A DNA stretch of 64,000 nt. It comes from Cenarchaeum sp. (lineage in GTDB: Archaea; Thermoproteota; Nitrososphaeria; Nitrososphaerales; Nitrosopumilaceae). This document shows positions 1-9,173 of the stretch, one piece after another (the first letter of the stretch is position 1; each line of letters opens with the position of its first letter). The notes beneath the pieces were generated by a model. That model did no database searches. It was not told where the DNA came from and saw nothing but the letters and a program-made list of their open reading frames with translations. The stretch is taken from contig OY843768.1 in NCBI GenBank assembly GCA_963693095.2, positions 1,440,001 through 1,504,000 of the forward strand. Reading direction: 5' to 3'. Both the position numbers and the translations under genes were made by a program.

Positions 1-2
1 TG

Positions 3-581
3 GTCGCCGAGTTTGACGGCTGCAACGTCATCGCGTACGAGCTAAACCTGTCGTGCCCGCACGTCGCCAAGGTCGGCCTCGAGGTCGGCGATGACGTCGA
101 GCTAGTCGGCAGGATCGTAGAGTCCACGCGGCGCGCATCGCGCGTGCCCGTCATCGCAAAGGTCGGACTCGGAACCGCCGACTATATGGAGACAGTCAGG
201 GCAGCAGTTGACGCGGGAGCCGGCGCGATAACTGCAATAAACACGATACGCGCGATGGCCATAGACGCCGAGGCCGCACGACCGATCCTGAGCAACAGGT
301 TTGGCGGACTGTCAGGCACGCCGATAAAGCCCGTCGCACTCCGTTGCGTGTATGAGATAGCGTCACGCCACGATGTTCCAGTTATCGGGTGCGGTGGAGT
401 CTCGACGTGGGAGGATGCCGTCGAGTTTATCCTAGCCGGCGCGTGCGCAGTCCAGGTCGGCAGCGCGCTAGCCGGCGGCAATGTCAAGGTGTTCGGTGAG
501 ATCAACTCTGGAATTGCGCAATACATGGACCGCAAGGGTCACACGTCGGTGTCAGGAATGGTGGGAATTGCAAGGCAATAG
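3..581 (+). CDS. pyrD: Dihydroorotate dehydrogenase B catalytic subunit (5'-truncated by window edge)
   Basis: Frame open from nt 3: ELNLSCPH, AINT, GGLSG-PIKP, IIGCGGV, AVQVGS motifs; followed by pyrK. Confidence 0.95.
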   Translation, partial: VAEFDGCNVIAYELNLSCPHVAKVGLEVGDDVELVGRIVESTRRASRVPVIAKVGLGTADYMETVRAAVDAGAGAITAINTIRAMAIDAEAARPILSNRFGGLSGTPIKPVALRCVYEIASRHDVPVIGCGGVSTWEDAVEFILAGACAVQVGSALAGGNVKVFGEINSGIAQYMDRKGHTSVSGMVGIARQ

Positions 582-591
582 CGCGCCGTCG

Positions 592-1377
592 ATGAGGACG
601 ATAGTCTCAGTGCGTGATGAGACGCCGACGGTGCGCACACTAGAGTTCGCCGACGGTGCACTCGCCGGTGCGCTTGCCGGCCAGTTTGTCATGGTGTGGG
701 TTCCCGGCAAGGGCGAGCTGCCAATGAGCATCATGGTCTCCGAGACTGCAGGCCACGCCGCACTGACCGTGCGAACGCACGGCCCGTCCTCCCGCGCCCT
801 CTATTCGACTCCCGTCGGCGGCCTTGTCGGCATCCGCGGGCCGTATGGCAACTCGTTTGGGGTTCGCGGGCGCAACGTTCTCCTCGCTGGCGGCGGCACA
901 GGCCTGGTGCCGCTCATGCGCCTCATCGCACAGTCACCACCAGATGCGCGCATAACGCTGGCGATGGGGGCTCGCACGGCCGAGGAGGTCTTTTTTGAGG
1001 AGATCGCCGCGCGCCTTGCCGGCCCGAGGAGCCTCGAGGTCGTCGTGGCCACCGATGACGGGACACGCGGAGAGGCCGGAACCGTCGTCGATGCCGTGGG
1101 GCGCATCCTCGAGTCTGGCTCCTTTGACTCGGCACACACGTGCGGGCCGGAGCCCATGATGAGGGGCGTCGTCGACGCTGCCCGCTCAAGGGGCGTCTTT
1201 GTGCAGGCGAGCATCGAGCGCGTCATGAAGTGCGGCGTAGGCATATGCGGGAGCTGCGCAATGGACGCAAGCCTCGTGTGCTGCGACGGAACCGTCCTCG
1301 ACGGGGAGCGCCTGGCGGCTAGCGGCGAGTTTGGGCGCACATACCGCTCAAAGTCAGGCGTGCGCACGCCCTACTAG
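592..1377 (+). CDS. pyrK: Dihydroorotate dehydrogenase electron transfer subunit
   Basis: GQFVMVW, RGPYG, GGGTG, CGPEPM and [2Fe-2S] motif MKCGVGICGSC...C; start approximate (ATG 592, upstream TTG possible). Confidence 0.93.
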   Translation: MRTIVSVRDETPTVRTLEFADGALAGALAGQFVMVWVPGKGELPMSIMVSETAGHAALTVRTHGPSSRALYSTPVGGLVGIRGPYGNSFGVRGRNVLLAGGGTGLVPLMRLIAQSPPDARITLAMGARTAEEVFFEEIAARLAGPRSLEVVVATDDGTRGEAGTVVDAVGRILESGSFDSAHTCGPEPMMRGVVDAARSRGVFVQASIERVMKCGVGICGSCAMDASLVCCDGTVLDGERLAASGEFGRTYRSKSGVRTPY

Positions 1378-1565
1378 GGCACAGTCGCCGATCTCGGGCT
1401 GCGCTTCCCGCCACGCGCGGATCCGGCGCCCTGGCGCATACTTTGGTCGATTTTATGCGCAGTATCATGCAATATAGGCCCCAAAAGGCCCCATATTGGG
1501 CGGTTTTATGGCGTTTTGCCCCCCACATGACCCGCAAGACTTAAAATAATTCATGCGCGCCCTCG

Positions 1566-3308
1566 ATGACGAAACCAAGGATGGGCCACCCCAAAATTGT
1601 CCTCACGGCCGACCGTACGCTCATGTCCCCCTACAGGAACATATCGCTTGCCACGTTCTTTGGCTGCGCGCCGGCCCTTGACCCCCACAGGGACAAGGGG
1701 AGCTTTTGGTACAAGGTCCTAGGCAACCAGGTCACGCCACGCATACTCTTTGACTTTATCTGCAACCCCATCCCCAACACAAACGGCGTGGCGGACTTTG
1801 CCCCCTATGGCCTGCGCAAGATCGAGGCCGGCCTCCTCAGGGACGGCTATGCGCGCGAGGACGTCGTAGTCGCGCATCCTGACCACGTCGAAAAGTTCAT
1901 TGGGCCAGAAACTGAGGTCGTCGGAACCTACGAGATGGACCCACTCGGCATGGGTCCGGTCACGATGACGTTCACGTACGGCAGAAAGCAGGTCTCATAT
2001 GACGAGTTCTACTGTGCGGATCTGCACAAGAGCATAAACGATGCCAAGAAAAAGAACAAGAGCAACGCAAAAGTCATCGCCGGCGCGTCAGGCACGTGGC
2101 AGTACAACTATGATCCCGAAAAGATAAAAGAGTACGGCCTCTATGCCATACTCGAAGGCGAGCTCGGCGGGATTGCCCCAGAGGTCGACGGCCATGCCGG
2201 CAGGTTCTTTGACCACCTAATCGCCGGTGACTTTGAGAACATGGACCCTTTCAAAAAGAATGACCGCTTCAAGGTCAACATAAAGGAGTTCACCCGCAAC
2301 GGCAAAAATATCCATGGCAGGTTTGTCAACTTTTGGGACAGGCCAGATATAGAGGACATACCGGACATCGTTGAGCCTAGCATGCACGGCATGGTCGAGG
2401 TCATGCGCGGGTGCGGTCGTGGGTGCAAGTTCTGCGACGTCACGCTCCGATCGCTTCGTTACTATCCGCCAGAGAAGGTAAAGCGCGAGATCGAGGTCAA
2501 CATCAAAAAGGGCGGTTCGCGCTCGGCGTGGATACACAGTGACGACATATTCGTGTACGGGATGGATCCCACAACGACGAAGAACATGGCGCCAAACAGG
2601 GAGGCACTCGAGGAACTCTTTGAGGCCATAATGTCAACTGGTGTCAATCACACAAACCCAACGCATGGCACGCTAGCCGGCGCGATAGCCGACGAGAGGC
2701 TCCTGCCAAACATATCAAAGACCATAAGGTCATCGGCCTCAAACCTGACGGGCATACAGTGCGGCCTTGAGACGGGCAGCCTGAGGCTCATCGAAAAGTA
2801 CGCCGACCGCAAGCTCGCCCCGTATGCGCCCTCCGAGTGGCACTGGGTCGTAAAGGAGGGCGTAAAGACGCTCAACGAGAACTATTGGATACCCGCATTC
2901 ACGCTCATCATGGGCCTTGACAACGACGAGACGCCAGAGGACTCGTGGGAGACCATACGCCTTCTCAGCGAGCTCGAGCGTGAGCAGCCTGACTCGATGT
3001 TTACGGCCACTCCCCTGACGTTTGTTCCCATAGGCCTCCTCGAAAAGTCCGAGTTCTTTAACATCGGCAACGAGATGGATCCCGCGCAGCTAGGCGTCAT
3101 GTACAAGACCTGGCAGCACAACTTCAAGTATGGCATACAAAAGTTCATGACAAAGACGGGCGGCGGGACGATCCTCAAAAAGGTGTTCTTTAACGGGATT
3201 GCGCGCACGCTTGGCGGCACGCCGCTAAAGGCCATGGAGAGCTATGCGCGCCGGAGCAGCCGCGAGCACGAGCGCGTCATCGAAAAGATAAGGGCAAATT
3301 ACCTCTAG
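1566..3308 (+). CDS. B12-binding class B radical SAM protein, probable GDGT ring synthase (Grs) family
   Basis: CxxxCxxC (GCGRGCKFC); N-terminal IVLTADRTLMS, APYGLRKIEA, DPLGMGP motifs; GLETGS; TATA-like TTAAAA at ~1541. Confidence 0.8.
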   Translation: MTKPRMGHPKIVLTADRTLMSPYRNISLATFFGCAPALDPHRDKGSFWYKVLGNQVTPRILFDFICNPIPNTNGVADFAPYGLRKIEAGLLRDGYAREDVVVAHPDHVEKFIGPETEVVGTYEMDPLGMGPVTMTFTYGRKQVSYDEFYCADLHKSINDAKKKNKSNAKVIAGASGTWQYNYDPEKIKEYGLYAILEGELGGIAPEVDGHAGRFFDHLIAGDFENMDPFKKNDRFKVNIKEFTRNGKNIHGRFVNFWDRPDIEDIPDIVEPSMHGMVEVMRGCGRGCKFCDVTLRSLRYYPPEKVKREIEVNIKKGGSRSAWIHSDDIFVYGMDPTTTKNMAPNREALEELFEAIMSTGVNHTNPTHGTLAGAIADERLLPNISKTIRSSASNLTGIQCGLETGSLRLIEKYADRKLAPYAPSEWHWVVKEGVKTLNENYWIPAFTLIMGLDNDETPEDSWETIRLLSELEREQPDSMFTATPLTFVPIGLLEKSEFFNIGNEMDPAQLGVMYKTWQHNFKYGIQKFMTKTGGGTILKKVFFNGIARTLGGTPLKAMESYARRSSREHERVIEKIRANYL

Positions 3309-3320
3309 TGCGTGTCCGCA

Positions 3321-5219
3321 CTAGTCCGAACCGGCGCGCTTGTCGAGTATGTTGCCGAGGCGCGTGACGTCACTGGGCACATAGAGATCAACGAGCCAGT
3401 CGATGGCCACGCGCAGGCGCTTCTCGGCGCTAGGAAGGCGCGAGAGGTAATAGTTGCGCCAGAGGAGCCAGGCGAGGACGCCCTTTAGCCTGATCCCAAA
3501 GAGGAGCGCAACGCCGTCACGCTTTCCGATCATCGCCATTGAACCGGCTGACTCGTAGTCAAAGCGCCGTGGCGCGCGCCCGCCCTTTAGCGCCGCAGTG
3601 ACGTTGTGTGCCGCAACAGACGCCTGGCGTATGGCGTTCTGCGCAGTCGGCGGGTACGGCCTGTCGGTTCGCGAGTCGATGAGGTGCGCACAGTCGCCTA
3701 GCGCATGGACCTCGGGGTGGCCGGCGAGCTGCAGCCACTCGTTGACCATGACGCGCCCGCCTGATCCGTGTTCTGCATCAAGGGACGCTATGACCGGCGA
3801 TGCCTTCACGCCGCCTGCCCAGACTGTGGTCATGCACGGTATGACCGTCCCGTCACTAAGCGTCGCCGAGTCAGGCTCGACTGAGGCGAGCTTTACGCCC
3901 CTTAGTATCTCGATTCCGCTCCGTGCCATTGCCTTCTCGGCATACTCGCCGAGGTCGCCGATCTCCGGCAGTATGCGGCCCGAGGAGACGAGGATGACCC
4001 TAATGGCGCCCGGCTCGATATTGCGATAATAGCGCTCGGCTGACTCGGTCACAAAGTCCTGGATCGCGCCGGCCGTCTCCACGCCAGAAAATCCGCCGCC
4101 GACTATGACAAACGTCGCCATGCGGGACTGCGCGTCCACGTCATCCTCCTGGTCTGCGCTCTCTAGCATCATGATTAGCCGGTTGCGCAGCGAGAGCGCA
4201 TCCTCTAGCGTCTTTATTGTGAGCGCGTTCTCCTCGACGCTCTTGTTTCCGTAATAGTTGGTCTCGCCTCCGAGTGCGAGGACGAGGTGGTCATAGTTCA
4301 TCTCGACGGCCTTGCCGTCCATCCTGCGCCTGATCGTTGCGGTTCGCGAGTCAAGGTCGATCGACTCGACGCTTGCGTGATAGTAGCGTGCGCGCCGGCA
4401 GAATGTCCTTATCGGCGTCGATATGTGGCGCGGCTCGACGTGACCCGTGGCCATCTCGGCGAGTAGCGGCGTGCTGAGGAAAAAGTTGTCCTCGCTGACT
4501 ATTGTGATGCCCGTGTCAACAGAGTCCTCAAACTCGCGCTGGAGCCGGCGCAGGACGCCAACTCCGGCATATCCGCCGCCGAGTATGAGGATGCGGCGCA
4601 GGAGTGGTGAGCCGCTCCCGTGCATGCGCGCCACGTGCTGCGCGTACGTCGCCCTCTTGGAGAACTCGATGTCACACCTGTGGCAGCGATAGTTGGCGCC
4701 AAATCGGCGCGTCAGTGCCGATGCGATGATTCCGACTGTGAGTCCCCATATTATGTGCGATATCGCCGAGTCCGTCAGGACCACGGCGGCGTCAAGCTGC
4801 GTGGCTGCCATCGAGGGCATGTCAGCGGCAAGACCCGCAGCAGCCGGATCTATGATTGCCATCGAGACGGGAATTGCAAAGGCGACGAGAACCGTGAGGC
4901 CCACGATGATTCCGTACGCGACACCGTTGCGAATGCGCGAGAGGCTTATCCCAAACACCCTATAGAGGACGACTCCGGCGACTATGCCGATCGAGGTCGC
5001 CACGAGCATGTGAAGCACGAGGCCGGCCAACGGCTCGCCAGAGCCGACTATGCGCGCGATGACGAGGAGGAGGCGCAAATAGTCGTTGCCCCCTATAGTC
5101 GTGGCGTATATCTGCGAGGCGTGCATGAGCATCGCGCCGGCTAGCGAGCCGGCCACGACAAAGGCGACCTCGCGGCGAAGCGAATAGTTGACGCGCGGCT
5201 CATCTAGCGTGCTGTGCAC
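3321..5219 (-). CDS. NAD(P)/FAD-dependent oxidoreductase (NDH-2 like) with N-terminal multi-TM domain and C2H2 zinc finger
   Basis: ILILGGGYAG, VIVGGGFSGVETAG, WAGGV, ALGDCA, PPTAQNA; CHRC-x12-H-x4-H finger; hydrophobic N-terminal helices. GTG start at 5219 chosen to avoid overlap with the opposite-strand gene. Confidence 0.85.
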   Translation of the reverse strand: MHSTLDEPRVNYSLRREVAFVVAGSLAGAMLMHASQIYATTIGGNDYLRLLLVIARIVGSGEPLAGLVLHMLVATSIGIVAGVVLYRVFGISLSRIRNGVAYGIIVGLTVLVAFAIPVSMAIIDPAAAGLAADMPSMAATQLDAAVVLTDSAISHIIWGLTVGIIASALTRRFGANYRCHRCDIEFSKRATYAQHVARMHGSGSPLLRRILILGGGYAGVGVLRRLQREFEDSVDTGITIVSEDNFFLSTPLLAEMATGHVEPRHISTPIRTFCRRARYYHASVESIDLDSRTATIRRRMDGKAVEMNYDHLVLALGGETNYYGNKSVEENALTIKTLEDALSLRNRLIMMLESADQEDDVDAQSRMATFVIVGGGFSGVETAGAIQDFVTESAERYYRNIEPGAIRVILVSSGRILPEIGDLGEYAEKAMARSGIEILRGVKLASVEPDSATLSDGTVIPCMTTVWAGGVKASPVIASLDAEHGSGGRVMVNEWLQLAGHPEVHALGDCAHLIDSRTDRPYPPTAQNAIRQASVAAHNVTAALKGGRAPRRFDYESAGSMAMIGKRDGVALLFGIRLKGVLAWLLWRNYYLSRLPSAEKRLRVAIDWLVDLYVPSDVTRLGNILDKRAGSD

Positions 5220-5340
5220 CGCCGGAGTGCCGGCAGTCTCCCCTGTCACACGGATCGGCGTGGCGGGGGGCAATATGTGGGTGCGCATTGGGCAGACCCT
5301 CAATAGCGTTAAATCTAGACCCCGTGGGTGGGGCGCAGTC

Positions 5341-6537
5341 ATGGGTGAGTTTGACGAGTTTGCCGAGGCCCTCCTGGACCAGCTCTCCGTGGAGGTCTCC
5401 GAGGAGCGCGAGATGGAGAGGCTCGCCGGCGACATAGCCGGCGATGCGGACTTTGACGTCTCATTTGAGGCCCTCGATGCCCTCGCCGAGTCCACGCTAA
5501 GCGAGATGGTACGCCTCGCCGAGGAAGTCACTGGCCTCAAGGTCGCCGACGGGCTGCACGTGGAGATAACAGGGTTAGATGACTTTAAGGCACTCAAGGC
5601 AAAAAAGGTCTATGCGCAGGGAGACGCGCGCGAACACGTCAGGCGACTCTTTGCGGCAGTCGCAGCGCAGGACACTGGTGCCATAGCGAGCCTGGCCAAG
5701 GACGACACGGCGCGCTTTCTGGTCTATTCGACATACGCAAAGGCGTATCTCTCAAAGATATCGACGACGTACGGCGACTATATGGACTCGACGATACACC
5801 TCAACTCGTTCATACTCGCGCGCTATCCGCAGATAATACTGTACAGGCAGGGCAAGCCGTACGCCGCGCGCCATGGCGCAGTCAGGTCAGGATACATCGG
5901 TGCCGTAAAGATGACGATCCTCGAGGAGGCGGTACACTCGATGCAGGAGCCGCTCCACAAGGCCAACGAGGCTGCAGTCTCCAAGGTCAACGCGCTAAAC
6001 GAGGAGCTCGCCGCGTCGATCATCGCACTCGATGACTCCACTGCGGCAAGCCTTTCAGAGTACCTAAAGCTGCCGCCCGTGCCCGATGACTTTGCAGTCG
6101 CAAGGCGCGCAAACCTGTTTTTCACGCTAAATCCGGACAACTTTGTCGCGCGCGTCCTCGGGCCTGACGTCATGACATACAGCAGAGTCGAAGTGGATCC
6201 AAAGATAGGCGAGATGGTGCCAGGACTCGCCGACATATACGCAAGGTGGCTTGGCCCCATACAGGCCCACCATGCGGCGTTCACCGTCATGGAGGGCATG
6301 GCAGAGTTTACAGTCAGGGAGGCCCTGTCGGGGGATGCGGACTTTGACATGTACCTGCAGACGTTCATGGGAACCGACATGACGTCATATGGCGTGCGAA
6401 AGAGCATAGGGCGCGACTTTGTCGCCGCGGCGCACAAGGGCATCGGGCAGGGCGCCTTTGGCGAGATGCTGCGCCGCACGCCGACGACAAGGGACCTAAA
6501 GGACCCCTCGGCGTGGCTTGGGACCACACGCGCATAG
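5341..6537 (+). CDS. Conserved hypothetical protein, zincin-like (DUF2342-like) metalloprotease fold
   Basis: Host-like codon usage; EEAVH motif and downstream TVMEGMAEF resembling the zincin third-ligand helix. Confidence 0.6.
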   Translation: MGEFDEFAEALLDQLSVEVSEEREMERLAGDIAGDADFDVSFEALDALAESTLSEMVRLAEEVTGLKVADGLHVEITGLDDFKALKAKKVYAQGDAREHVRRLFAAVAAQDTGAIASLAKDDTARFLVYSTYAKAYLSKISTTYGDYMDSTIHLNSFILARYPQIILYRQGKPYAARHGAVRSGYIGAVKMTILEEAVHSMQEPLHKANEAAVSKVNALNEELAASIIALDDSTAASLSEYLKLPPVPDDFAVARRANLFFTLNPDNFVARVLGPDVMTYSRVEVDPKIGEMVPGLADIYARWLGPIQAHHAAFTVMEGMAEFTVREALSGDADFDMYLQTFMGTDMTSYGVRKSIGRDFVAAAHKGIGQGAFGEMLRRTPTTRDLKDPSAWLGTTRA

Positions 6538-6541
6538 CGCC

Positions 6542-7354
6542 ATGCCCGCGTTTGACCCGTTTCTAGCCGAGTGGTCGTCCTTTGCGACTGATGCGCGCTA
6601 TAGTCTCGTCGAGCGCGGCCTAAAGATGGCCCAGCTCCTCGAGTATCCAGACCTTGACATGTCCGCATATGTCGCCAAGCTTGCGGCAATGCGCGAGTCA
6701 TTCAGGCTTGATATGGGCAGTGCAGCAGACACGTCATCGGTGATAGGCGCGCTCAACTCGCACGTCTTTGGGACGTGCGCGTTTAGGGGCGACTTTGAGG
6801 ACCACTATGACCCGCGAAACAACTTTCTCAACGAGGTCATCGACCGGCGGGTAGGAATCGCCATAACTGTCTCGATGGTCTACGCCGAGATAGCGCGCGG
6901 TGCGCGCCTCGAGATGAGGCTCATCAGCTTTCCCGGCCGCGTTCTCGTGGGACATGGCGCGACGGTAATCGATGCTGTCTCTGGCGGGCGTATACTAGGC
7001 GAGGACGACTTGCGCGCGCTCCTAAAGGCCACCGTGGGCCCGAACGCCGAGCCCACCGAGGACATCCTTGTGGGCGCAACACCAGAGAGGATGCTCGTGC
7101 GCCTCGCGCGAAACCTAAAACACTCGTACATGCACTCGTACGCGCACGACAGGGCATTGCGCTGCGCACGCATGGCCCTCGTCCTAGCGCCAGACTCGGC
7201 TGAGGACATGAGGGACTCTGGCCTCCTTGAGGCGCGCCTCCAGGATCGCCAGGGTGCCATAGAGCACCTTGGGCGCTACCTCGAGATGAACCCCAACGGG
7301 GACGACGTCGACCACGTCCTAGAGATTATACGTCAGATGCGCTCTAGTCGATGA
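6542..7354 (+). CDS. SirB1 / transglutaminase-like protein with C-terminal TPR
   Basis: YDPRNNFLNEVIDRRVGIAI, FPGR, RLARNLK, RDSGLL...YLE pattern typical of SirB1. Confidence 0.85.
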   Translation: MPAFDPFLAEWSSFATDARYSLVERGLKMAQLLEYPDLDMSAYVAKLAAMRESFRLDMGSAADTSSVIGALNSHVFGTCAFRGDFEDHYDPRNNFLNEVIDRRVGIAITVSMVYAEIARGARLEMRLISFPGRVLVGHGATVIDAVSGGRILGEDDLRALLKATVGPNAEPTEDILVGATPERMLVRLARNLKHSYMHSYAHDRALRCARMALVLAPDSAEDMRDSGLLEARLQDRQGAIEHLGRYLEMNPNGDDVDHVLEIIRQMRSSR

Positions 7355-7514
7355 TGGACTCGACATCGCTGCCGCCCTTTATCATCGAGATTTCGTGGCG
7401 TGCGATCTTGTTGCGCATTGCGTGCTTTAGCCTGTCGACCTCTGCGCGCAGCGTTGCGACCTCGTCCTCGAGGCGCGCGACGCGGTTGTAGATGGTCTCA
7501 GATGACTCGCTCAT
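7344..7514 (-). CDS. Small coiled-coil hypothetical protein (56 aa, not in ORF track)
   Basis: Manual translation MSESSETIYNRVARLEDEVATLRAEVDRLKHAMRNKIARHEISMIKGGSDVESIID; heptad pattern; AT-rich TATA-like tract ~25-35 nt upstream. Confidence 0.7.
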   Translation of the reverse strand: MSESSETIYNRVARLEDEVATLRAEVDRLKHAMRNKIARHEISMIKGGSDVESIID

Positions 7515-7573
7515 TTCAGCGTCCCCCTCACCAAATTTACTTAAAAAGGTATGTCCGGCCCCACGCGTGAAGC

Positions 7574-7735
7574 CTAGAGCTCAAACTCCTTGTTGCACGA
7601 GGGGCACTTTGCGCGCTCCTCGCCCGGAGGGCCAATTATCTGGATTCGCCCTATCGTCTTGCACTCGCGGCACATGCCCGTCGTCACGTTGCGTGCGCGC
7701 GTGCGGACGATCTTTTGGCTCTTTCTGCGCCCCAT
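7574..7735 (-). CDS. Small basic zinc-ribbon protein (53 aa)
   Basis: MGRRKSQK...CREC...CPSC; TATA-like TTAATA upstream. Confidence 0.7.
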   Translation of the reverse strand: MGRRKSQKIVRTRARNVTTGMCRECKTIGRIQIIGPPGEERAKCPSCNKEFEL

Positions 7736-7792
7736 CTCGCGCGGTGGGGAGTCGCGCGCACTATTAAGTCTAATTGCCACGGCGCGCTTTGG

Positions 7793-7879
7793 TGGCGCGG
7801 AGAGAGGGATTCGAACCCTCGTGCTCTTGCGAGCATGGGATTAGCAATCCCACGCCCTACCAGGCTAGGCGATCTCCGC
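7793..7879 (-). tRNA. tRNA-Ser(GCT) with encoded CCA
   Basis: Reverse complement folds as a cloverleaf: GCGGAGA/TCTCCGC acceptor, TGGGA-ttGCTaa-TCCCA anticodon arm, long variable arm, GGTTCGAATCC, CCA. Confidence 0.97.
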
Positions 7880-8109
7880 ACGTGCGCCGCACGCGCAGTC
7901 GCGCGTATTAAACTGATGCGCATTTGGAGCCGCGCATTGGCCTTCGGCGCCTGATGTCCGCCATCCCTGTCCGGGGAACCCAAGCCGTGCCGTTGGGGAG
8001 AGTCCAGGACGCCCCATGGCTCCCACGGCGCAGACAGGTCGTCCCGCAAGGCGGCCATGCGGCGCGCACGGCGCAGGGTTTAATATCAAATTCCTGCGAG
8101 CGCAGGGCA

Positions 8110-9144
8110 ATGACCAGCAAGGCAGCAGTGATGCGAGGGGATGGCATAGGTCCGGAAGTCGTCGATGCCATGCTATCTGTCCTGCGCGAGTGCAACACGG
8201 GGATTGAGCTTGTCATGTGCGAGGCCGGCTCGGAGCAGTGGGAGAAAAATTCGCGACGCGACGCGACGTACATACCTGATGCGACGATGGACGAGCTAAA
8301 GCGCACAGACGCGTGCTTTAAGGGTCCGACGACGACTCTGCCAGTGCCGGGCGCACCGCGAAGCGTCGCAGTCACGCTGCGCCAAAAGTTTGAGCTGTAC
8401 GCCAACATTAGACCGTGCTCGACATACGAGAGGATCACGCCGGGCCGCCACCTCGAGTGCGTCTGCTTTCGCGAGGCCACAGAAGGCCTCTATTCGGGCG
8501 TCGAGGCCCAAGTCGGGCCAGACGCGGCCATTGCAATAAGAAAGGTGACAAGGGCTGGTTGTGCGCGTCTCGTCGATGCGGCGTTTGCGTGGGCAAGGGA
8601 TCGCGGCATGAAAAAGGCAGTCGCCATCACAAAGAGGAACATACTAAAGCGCACCGACGGCATATTTTGGGAGGAGGTTCAGCGAGCCGCCTCTGAGTCT
8701 GCCGGCGTCGACGTCTCTGAAGTGTACATTGACAACATGGCCCAGCAGCTCGTCGTGGCGCCTGAACAGTTCAACGGGGCAGTCCTGCTCAGCACAAACC
8801 TCTTCATGGACATCATATCCGAGCTCGTCTCTGGCCTCGTCGGCTCGATAGGGCTAATACACTCGGCGAACATGGGCGACACGTACGCAATGTTCGAGGC
8901 TGCCCACGGCTCGGCACCAGACATCGCCGGCCAGGGAAAGGCAAATCCGGCAGCGACCATACTGTCAGGCGCATGGATGGCCGAGCACCTCGGCGAGGCC
9001 GAGATCGGGCGCGCCATAAGGGAATCGACTGCCAGTGTCATCAACGAGGGCAAGGCCGTGACTGCAGACATTGGCGGCTCGGCGGGCACCACGCAGATGG
9101 CCGCAGCCATTGCTGCCGGTGCGGCCTCGTCGCTACGCCGCTGA
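8110..9144 (+). CDS. Isocitrate/isopropylmalate dehydrogenase family protein
   Basis: GDGIGPEV, LRQKFELYANIRP, REATEGLY, NLFMDIIS, FEAAHGSAPDIAG, NPAATILS. Confidence 0.93.
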   Translation: MTSKAAVMRGDGIGPEVVDAMLSVLRECNTGIELVMCEAGSEQWEKNSRRDATYIPDATMDELKRTDACFKGPTTTLPVPGAPRSVAVTLRQKFELYANIRPCSTYERITPGRHLECVCFREATEGLYSGVEAQVGPDAAIAIRKVTRAGCARLVDAAFAWARDRGMKKAVAITKRNILKRTDGIFWEEVQRAASESAGVDVSEVYIDNMAQQLVVAPEQFNGAVLLSTNLFMDIISELVSGLVGSIGLIHSANMGDTYAMFEAAHGSAPDIAGQGKANPAATILSGAWMAEHLGEAEIGRAIRESTASVINEGKAVTADIGGSAGTTQMAAAIAAGAASSLRR

Positions 9145-9173
9145 AACGGCGATTGCCGCGGGTGCGGCCGCCC

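Noticed and set aside
5220-5597. Long N-terminal extensions in track ORFs (NDH-2 to 5597; similarly icd 7924, M50 17875, pyrB 18414, drmB 24070, gdhA 38612, MTase 42825, S17e 48842)
   Set aside because: They overlap neighbouring real genes or promoters; better starts with TATA spacing or homology lie downstream
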